A stretch of DNA of 64,000 nt from Nageia nagi (lineage: Eukaryota > Plantae > Pinophyta), in contig JBITNC010000001.1 in the NCBI GenBank assembly GCA_050084985.1, positions 64,418,001-64,482,000 of the forward strand. Direction: 5' to 3'. Both the position numbers and the translations under genes were made by a program. Each line of letters starts with the position of its first letter. The stretch's first letter is position 1. The notes beneath the pieces were generated by a model. It ran no database searches and was not told the DNA's origin. It saw only the letters and a program-made list of their open reading frames with translations. This document shows positions 59,408-64,000 of this stretch, piece by piece.

Positions 59408-62400
59408 TGTAAGTTCACTAATACTTAAGGGTATCATTTGATACCTTAAGTATTTAATTGAATATGATAATGTAACTTGTCCTACACTCCATGTCATGAG
59501 CATGCCCCTTGGGTAAAAGGATGTGCATGTCATGCTTTTGTACATCGGATAAAAAGGTGATACAAAGAGGGATTTTGGCCTATAAATAGAAGTCTTCCTC
59601 TTTGTGATCACACACCAATTGTAGAGTAAAGTTATGCTATAGGATAGAAGTGTATGACTTGAGATTAGGAGAATTGTAAAAGAGTTGTATTTGTGATTGA
59701 AGAAAAGATCTAGTTAGTGGATGTACTCCTAGTTGGAGGAAACGCTTACATCTTGTGTTGTGAGATTGCTTTGTGAGTTTGTTAGAACTTATTGTGAGCT
59801 TTCATGTGATCTTGGTTGATTAGAAATAATATTATTAGTTTTAGTTCCTTCAAATTGGTATCAGAGCTTAGTGTGGAAGCTCTTCTTCTACAACTTAGTG
59901 ATCTAAACCTCTTTCCTTCATTGTTGAGGTAAAACTAAGAGAAGGTATAAAATCCTTCCCTCTTGGATATTGTTTATTACATCATGCTACTAACATATTA
60001 TTTACTATGTGTTAGTTCTTTTGAGTTTAATATGGCTAACACAATTGCAATTTTTTTTTGTTTATGCTAACCCCTTATGTTACTTGCAAATTGTTTTTTT
60101 ATTGCTATAATTTTTTTTAAGAGAAGGGGTTTTTATTCATTTTTTTAATATTACAAAGGTAATATTACAAAATATGCTGCATTTTTTTTTGAATACTAAC
60201 TTTTATTAGAGTGCATTTTTTAATATTTTGAAACATATTGTTATTTAAAAATAAAAAAAAATTGTATTCAAAATTGTGTAATCTTGCAAAGATAATATTA
60301 CAATTTGTTTTATAGCAAATAGAGTATATATTTTTTTGACAATCTCATGGCTGCTAGCATTGTTGACCTTTTTAATTTTTTTATTAAACAAGAGGAGAGG
60401 AAAGGGAGGGGAGGGACTATGTTTGCTCTCTGCCAGTTTAACATAAACTCATTGGGCAGAAATTTCATTCTAGATGCTACCTTTTGAACCGTAAAAATGT
60501 TTCACAGAAGAAAAATGACATTGTAATATTAACATTTATGTTTACATTATTTTTAAACATGTAAACTTGGACATGATATTTAGCATCTTCTCATACCTTT
60601 AGCTCATTGCTCATTGGGATGTCAAATGTGGTTCTTTTAGCTATTCTTGTTGTAGCTCTTTTAGTCATGTGCTTCTCCAATAGCAGCTCCTCTTCTCTTG
60701 TGCCTCTCCTGCACCTCTCACATGGTTAGCTCACAGGCATTGGCTAGGGATCCTTCATGACCCTCCTCTCTATGACCAGTATCCTACATGCGACTCTCTC
60801 AAAATGTTATAGCCATCTCCTGGCCACCTCCATGACTAACACTAAGCTACCCCATTGTAACACTCCCCTCATTGTTTAGACTTGATTAGCTATTATGTAG
60901 CCCCTCGTTGGCTCCTCCACTCTACTTTATTGGCATCTCCATTGGTGACCCTCAAACTTTGGCCCCTCGTGCGGTTTATCTGGCTCCTCATGTGTTGCTC
61001 AACCCCCTCGATGTTTTCCCTCTCCTACATGAGCTCCTCTACCTTCTCCATGCTCTTCCTACACGCACAACCTTCTCTTTCTCCTAAGCAATCTCCCAAC
61101 CACTCTAATGGTGCACGATTCCCTCATGAATAACTCATCACGTAGCCAACCTGATGCTATGCTCCACACGCATTACCTCCAACCACCTTGCATTGCCCAC
61201 ATGACCTTTTACTCGCTTCTCTACTTTTTTTTCAATTTTTTTGAGACCTCCTTGCTTGAAATAGGATAGATGATAAGAATCCATTTAATGCTACCTTCAC
61301 TTATCAAGTAAGCCTTTTTTATGATGTTCTCTGATTGCATGAAGTAAAAACTTCAAATAACATTAAATGGGTATTTACTCTCTTTACAAAATTGATAGTC
61401 AAATTTAGTGCATTTGGGTAGAGTGTAATTTTTTATTAGCCACATTAATTACAAAGCAATGATTACTCCTTTAAATTTGGTTACTTGAAGTTTTAAACCT
61501 TTTATGAAGGTAAAATAATAATTGTAGTGTATTTTTTTCCCTAAGGTAAAATTGTTTTGTTTACCTAACTATTTTTCTAAGTAAACAATAGTGAAATTTT
61601 TTTTAAGGATTCATTTTAAGTAAAAGAGGGGGAGATTTTATAATTCTTACTTAATTTTAAAATCCTCATATTGCATAGATTTTAAATTCTTCTAAAATTT
61701 ATACAAATATGGACTTGAAAATGATGCATGCTTAAGATTAGTATTTATGCTAAAAATAATAAATGAATGCTTAGTACTTAATTTTTAAAGTTATAATGCA
61801 TGCTTAATTTTAAGTTATAGATTGATGGATGCCTCCTACTTAATCCTTAAGTTAAATAAGTGCATGCTTCTTACTTAATTTATTGGCATGATGCATGCTT
61901 ACTTAAATTTTTAAAAGCTATGTGAATAATGCATTTTTTAATGCTTAAAGTTTAATTTTTTGCATGCTCAAGGACTTATTTGTTTAAGTTAAGGCTTAGG
62001 ACTTAAAATTTTTAAGATGCATGCTTATGAATTAAGAATACATGTTGAGTATTTATCCTTATGCAAAGTATGGAGTGGACTTATGGAAAATAAGTGATGA
62101 TGTAAAGATATCCTTTAGGGGTTGGTAAACAAAACCCATTGGACACTTAGGTTTCAAATATTTTTGCATGGATGATATTTTACTTATGCTCTTTTACTTC
62201 ATATTTTGCACTTTGATTTATTTGCTTATGTAAATAAAAATGCAAACATTGATATGAGCAACCCCCTAAAATGAACACATTCGTATGTACATTCTGCAAC
62301 ATGACTTGTTTGGGGAGCCATGAGGTGAGTGTATGCAAATTGAAGCCTTTAAGTTCGACAATTCAAGTGGTGAAAAGTTCGTACTTCTTAATTGCCCCTA

Positions 62401-64000
62401 AGTCCTCTATTGGTCTGAACATAACTCTATTAGGTGGATAGGCATGTGTGTAGTGATACCACATGTTTGCACGTCCATTCAGGGATTATCTTGATAATTT
62501 AAGAGGAAAATTTGAAACCTAATCAAGATTAATAATTTGGCCGATCCAATAAATGTTAGAACCTTGAAAAATAGCTAGTACTTCTCCTCATGAGAGTATA
62601 TTGCTGCCCAAGGGGAACTGGTTGAGGATTGGTAGGACTTAGGCTTCTCTTGTGTGGGCATCTAGGTGAAAGCCTAATTTTAGATAAGAAAATAAGCTTC
62701 AACAATGTCACTCTACATATATGATTCTTGAGATGAAAAATGTATTTGGGTACATGAGTTATTATTTGAATTGTAAAACATTTGCACTTGTGAATCAAAT
62801 CAAACATATTTTTAGTGTTAAATGTAACATGTATTATTTACTTGGTTAAAATTTAATATTTAATATTATTTATTGAAACCACATGCTTATTATTTCACAT
62901 TCTTATGTAGAAAATGGAAGAATCTTTTTTATCCAAACACATTCTTGATGGTTCCAACTATGGGATTTGAGAACCATGGATGAGAACTAAATTGCAGGCA
63001 AAGAAGCTATGGCAAATAGTGAATGAGAATCTGTACCTTTTACAAATGAGAAGGAACTAGAAGTTTACAACACAAATAATAAGTTGGCAACCTCTATGAT
63101 TTACCATGTAGTTTTAGATGATGTGCTCTTGATGATTTCCTCTTCAATCTCAGCAAAAAAAGTATAGGATAAGCTTAAGCAAATCTACCTTAGTTCAAAC
63201 TTTTCAAGAAGGTTTACCATTATTCAAAAGTTGCTTCAATATCATTAAGAAAAAAATAAAAATATGGCTATCTACTTAAACAAAATCATTGACCTAAAGA
63301 CCCAACTTGTTGCTTGTGGGTGCAATTGGATCAATGACGAGTTCATGGTCTTCATCATTCTTCAAAGCCTCTTTTCAAACTTTTGAAACTTTATGATAGC
63401 TATGAAAATAAGGCTTGATGATGAAAAATAAGTCTTCTCCCTTGAGAACCTTTCAAGGCACCTATTGAAGCATGAAGAAACCTTTAACAATAAAGGGTTG
63501 ATTTCTTCTTCTAAAGATAATAATATTGTTCTTAGAGCAACCAAAACTTCTTTCAAAAAGAAGTTCAACCATAAAAAGAAACCTTATATTTCTTCTTCTA
63601 AAAGGTTTGAAAAAAGAGATTATGGCTATAACAATAACAAAAACAACAGAAACCATAACTATAGCAGTAGAAATAATGGCAACAATAATTATTTCAAGTA
63701 AAGAGATGGAAAAGGCAAAGCAAACACTCTCTATCTTAAGGAAAAGTTTGATGGCAATTGTAACTATTATGGTATTCAAGGTCATAAAAAAGTTGATTGT
63801 TACAAAAAAAAAAGAGAGAAAAAATACAAAGGTAATAGAAATGTAAAGAATTACAAAGAAAAAAAATACTCATGTTAGTTTTGCTACAATGCTCTACTTC
63901 ATATCTCGCTCTTTATCATCTAAATAGATTGTTGACTCTAGTTGCAATAATCACCTATGCTTTGAAAAAGAAAAGTTTGAAAACTTTCACAAGTATAAAA
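59408..64000 (+). mobile_element. Ty1/Copia element, 5' part: LTR 59408..59852, PBS, ~3-kb leader, decayed gag-protease; runs off window
   Basis: TGTAAG...CCTTCA then TGGTATCAGAGC (59856-59867); TATAAA near 59581; gag from ATG near 62914 (ILDGSNYGI*..MRTKLQAKKLWQIV), zinc knuckle CNYYGIQGHKKVDC, protease *IVDSSCNNHLC. Confidence 0.88.

Overview
AT-rich plant nuclear DNA, most consistent with a large gymnosperm (conifer-type) genome; this is inferred from intron size and TE types. The window holds the last six coding exons of one intact + strand class-3 lipase / alpha-beta hydrolase gene (GHSLGG). Its 1,319 bp of CDS is spread over 2431..53231, with introns of 17.2 kb and 31.7 kb filled with nested transposons. 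These include: a full-length chromodomain Ty3/Gypsy element (4572..11472, TSD AATCC); an RTEX-like LINE relic; a Ty1/Copia element (31620..50848, TSD TATTG) carrying three younger insertions, among them an 11.5-kb tandem giant LTR with its own ORF; several small TIR elements with apparent 7-bp TSDs; and, downstream of the gene, a decayed hAT interrupted by a Copia element. The standout is a complete LTR element (24952..30781, TSD TCAAG, PBS and PPT present) with no gag/pol. It instead carries an intronless N-terminal domain of the cohesin regulator PDS5, followed by about 2 kb of degenerate 24-bp/8-aa hydrophobic repeat. It shares terminal cis-signals with the chromovirus at 4572..11472, suggesting a trans-mobilised retrotransposon family that transports a cohesin-regulator module.
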